A stretch of DNA of 64,000 nt, taken from the NCBI GenBank assembly GCA_965112155.1, contig OZ218105.1. One strand, written 5' to 3'. Shown here one piece after another: positions 61,018 to 64,000 of this stretch (positions are counted from its first letter, which is position 1; each line of letters begins with the position of its first letter). A program made the translations under genes and the position numbers. The notes beneath the pieces are model-generated. The model was not told the DNA's origin. It searched no databases and worked only from the letters and a program-made list of their open reading frames with translations. The DNA is from Podarcis liolepis (lineage: Eukaryota).

Positions 61018-61125
61018 AAGTTGACCTTTTTTAGGATTGAAGTTGTTTTTTTGATTTTACCCCAAAGTTGTTGAGCTTTTTACTGGATTGAAGTTGTTGA
61101 ACTTTTTTTAGGATTTTGCCCCAGG
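61018..61125. repeat. Imperfect tandem repeat (ggattgaagttg...tttt), possibly the interior of a decayed MITE
   Basis: Recurrent aagttg(ttga)...ttttt..ggatt units. Confidence 0.55.
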
Positions 61126-61292
61126 AAATAAACTGCCCCAGGGCCTGGATTAAACCGACCGGCAGGCCAGATTAGACCCCTGAAGCAGACTGGACATGCC
61201 TCCTCTAGTGGCTTCCCCCCTTTCTAAACCTATGCTTGTGATATAAAACATGCATTTGAACCCCCACCTTGAAGAGGAAGGGGTGGGTGGGT

Positions 61293-61533
61293 GAAGAAGA
61301 GTTTGGATTTGATATCCCGCTTTATCACTACCGGATGGAGTCTCAAAGCGGCTCACATTCTCCTTTCCCTTCCTCCCCCACAACAAACACTCTGTGAGGT
61401 GAGTGGGGCTGAGAGACTTCAAAGAAGTGTGACTGGCCCAAGGTCACCCAGCAGCTGCATGTGGAGGAGCGGAGATGCGAACCCGGTTCCCCAGATTACA
61501 AGTCCACCGCCCTTAACCACTACACCAGACTGG
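61293..61533 (-). mobile_element. Squam3-like SINE
   Basis: Reverse complement of 7944-8190. Confidence 0.85.
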
Positions 61534-63569
61534 GTGTTAATTCTGCATGTCTCAGTGCACTGGATGCCGAAGTGAATTGGGTGGTCTTAGGCCAGCCACA
61601 CACTCTCTGCTAACCTGCCTCATAAACTTATTGTGAGGCTAAAATGAGATAACCATGGGGAGTATGCTGTGCTAATTCTGCTCCGAATACACCCACTGAA
61701 ATTAATAAACATGACTCGTTTCAGCGCATCTGCTCTGAGCAGGGCTTTGTGGAAGACAACCGCATGTGACACTGTGAGTTCCTTGAAGGAAGGGAAATCA
61801 ATGCAGTGGATACTTGTATGCTTGTGTGCAAAGCATGAGAAAGTTAAGCATGACCTTCATTCTGACTGGATCCTGTTCACTGATGGGCTGTCGGAAGTGG
61901 TCTGATTCCAAATACCAGGCGCTGGGAATCACAAGAGTGTTGTTGCACTCAGGCGCTCTTTGCAGGGTCCCCATGGGCATATGGTGGAGAGAGGAGCCTC
62001 TGGAGTGATCCAACAGGCAGGCCGCTTTTATGTTCTTACAATAGCAACACAGCAGCAGGTTCTGCCACTGTTGATTTTCCATGGGCACTGGGGCCAGAAA
62101 CGAGGAGGAGCAGGGGAGATTCCCCCCCCCCTCAAAAAGGGCAAAAAAAAATTCCACAATCAAACTTCTGTCGGCCCTGGAACTGGTATACTTATTTTAT
62201 CTCCCTTTAGTGTCAATGGGAGGGTTTGTCATTTAAAGAGGGTTTGGCAGAGCTTAGAAAGTGGTGGCTCCTTCACCCCAGAATCCTATCATCACCAGGA
62301 TTACTTTGCTTGTGATGTTGGTATGGGGCTGGCATATCAGACAGTATGATGCCCAGCTTTGCCATGGAATGCCTCCATCCTTGCTATCGCCCAGCCCTCT
62401 CGATCTAGCCATCAAGGACAGCTGTGGGGGGGGGGGTTCTGAAAAAATATGATTACTGTTTATAGGTGATGTCTCACATGTTGTTGTTTTTATTAAAATA
62501 CAATTATCCTGTTTCCCCATCACTTTTTTCAGAATATATGACCGCACACATATTTATTTTGGTTACATCAAAGAAATTTAAAAAAAGAGCGCACATCATT
62601 TCTCTCCCAAGCTGTGTAGCATGTTCCTTTTCAGGATGGGAGGAAAAATTTTACTTGACAAGCGGATGTTTACAAGCTTGACTGATGCAGAGATTTCAGT
62701 TCATGCTGTATTCCTATAGGGTTCCAAAATCCACCCCAAATGAAAAAGGGCTTACAGAACAGAGACAAATTAGATGTGACTGTATGGTAGGCCCTGATCT
62801 AGTTCTCCATCTGCAACGCCTAGTGAAATTGGCCTTACATTATGACATCAAATGGTTTCCCACTCCAGATGATTGGCTGACAGGGAAGAACAGAGCGTAG
62901 TGATGTCATAACATGAAGTCACATATCGACCGCTACCAAAAGACTTTTTTTTATTCCTTGCAGTGCAGGGGTTGGGTGGAGGGGGCTTCAACATCATGGT
63001 ACTTGTATTTGTGAATCCACCCATCGGTGCAATATTCCTACAAGCATATAACACCTGTAGTGCTACTGTGCTAACATAGCACTTTTGTGTGGACACAAAA
63101 CATTGTGATGCAAAGAACCTGGAAGCTGTGAGAGGAAAGAGTTTCATTTGGCTGAGAAAGATATTAACTTTCCACCCACATAATAAAGAATTGCATTTTT
63201 TCAGGGAGAAATAATGTGAAGACAGACCTAAAGGGGAAGAGCGCCAGAAGCACCCAACCATCTGAGCCACTTTCCAGGAGTTAAGTCCCCCACAAAAAAA
63301 CACCTCAGAAGTTGAAGCAGAGGCAGGGGGAGAGAAAGCCTTCAGCATTATATTCTAGTTGAGCAACAGAGCATGAGTAACTAATGGAGGCTTTTCGTGG
63401 TCTGGTGAGTTTAAGCTATGAGCTGAAAGTTTAACTATTAATGAACTTAGGGTGTGTACATACGTACATCAAAAGAAAACTCAGCCACGTTTTTCCACTC
63501 ATGGGATAAGGGTGGTTTACTCCCACCACTGCTATCTTTTAGATAGATCCATATCTAACACAAATTCCA

Positions 63570-63920
63570 ACGTTGATTGGTGACCAATTCCTCGCCCTTC
63601 CTCCTCAGTGCTGCAGATAGGCTATTCGGTGTTGTTTTTTTTAAAACACTGATACAGCTAAAAAACTGTTCAAAAAAATCCCAATCCACTGAACAAAAAA
63701 CTGCAACACTGTCCGAAGTTGGGGGTGCATTCGTGGCATCACAGTCCTCATCCGATTAGCACCGTGCGCAGCCAATGGCTGGAGGGAGGAGGCGAATCAG
63801 TTTCCCCTGAAACTCAGTTCTGAATAGAAATAGGAACAACTTGCCTGGAGGTGGGGGCGCTTTGTGGGGGGTGCATTTCCAGAGCAGATTGTGGTCTTTG
63901 CATGTGTGTGCGCATGCAAT
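63570..63920. promoter_or_regulatory. Promoter-like patch (four CCAAT boxes, NRF1-like motif)
   Basis: ATTGG 63576, CCAAT 63584, 63681 and 63772; TGCGCATGC 63909-63917; locally more CpG; repeat-free. Confidence 0.3.
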
Positions 63921-64000
63921 CCTGGAACTGCTTCTGATTCAAAGGTTTGTAAAAGCAAGCCGTCCATTAGCAAAGGAAAAGGAGGGGAAGCAGGCAGACC

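Overview
Eukaryotic, repeat-rich vertebrate DNA. Sauria SINE, Squam-type SINEs and BovB mark it as squamate, probably a lacertid lizard (inference). The only protein-coding gene I can support is CXXC5 (RINF) on the minus strand. Its large first coding exon is 20684-21634 (ATG at 21463) and its short last exon codes 11777-11821, giving a 274-aa protein with a C-terminal CXXC zinc finger. The 3'UTR runs to poly(A) signals at about 11100 and 10900. Sequence right of 21634 is probably the long 5' intron; non-coding exon 1 was not identified, though a promoter-like patch lies at the right edge. The rest is a dense record of transposons: BovB, L2, CR1 and L1 fragments, three or more SINE families, many hAT and Tc1/mariner-pogo MITEs with readable TIRs and TSDs, and an LTR-like or Ngaro-like solo element. 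There is one 155-N assembly gap. I cannot demonstrate a wholly new system. The best leads are a 54-bp near-perfect intronic hairpin, an overlapping (TAATG) uORF pair in the CXXC5 5'UTR, a possible in-frame coding circRNA of exon 2 flanked by inverted Sauria SINEs, a MITE carrying a CpG island with CRE and Sp1 sites, a templated insertion inside a SINE copied from 2.1 kb away, and an unexplained 230-codon antisense ORF.
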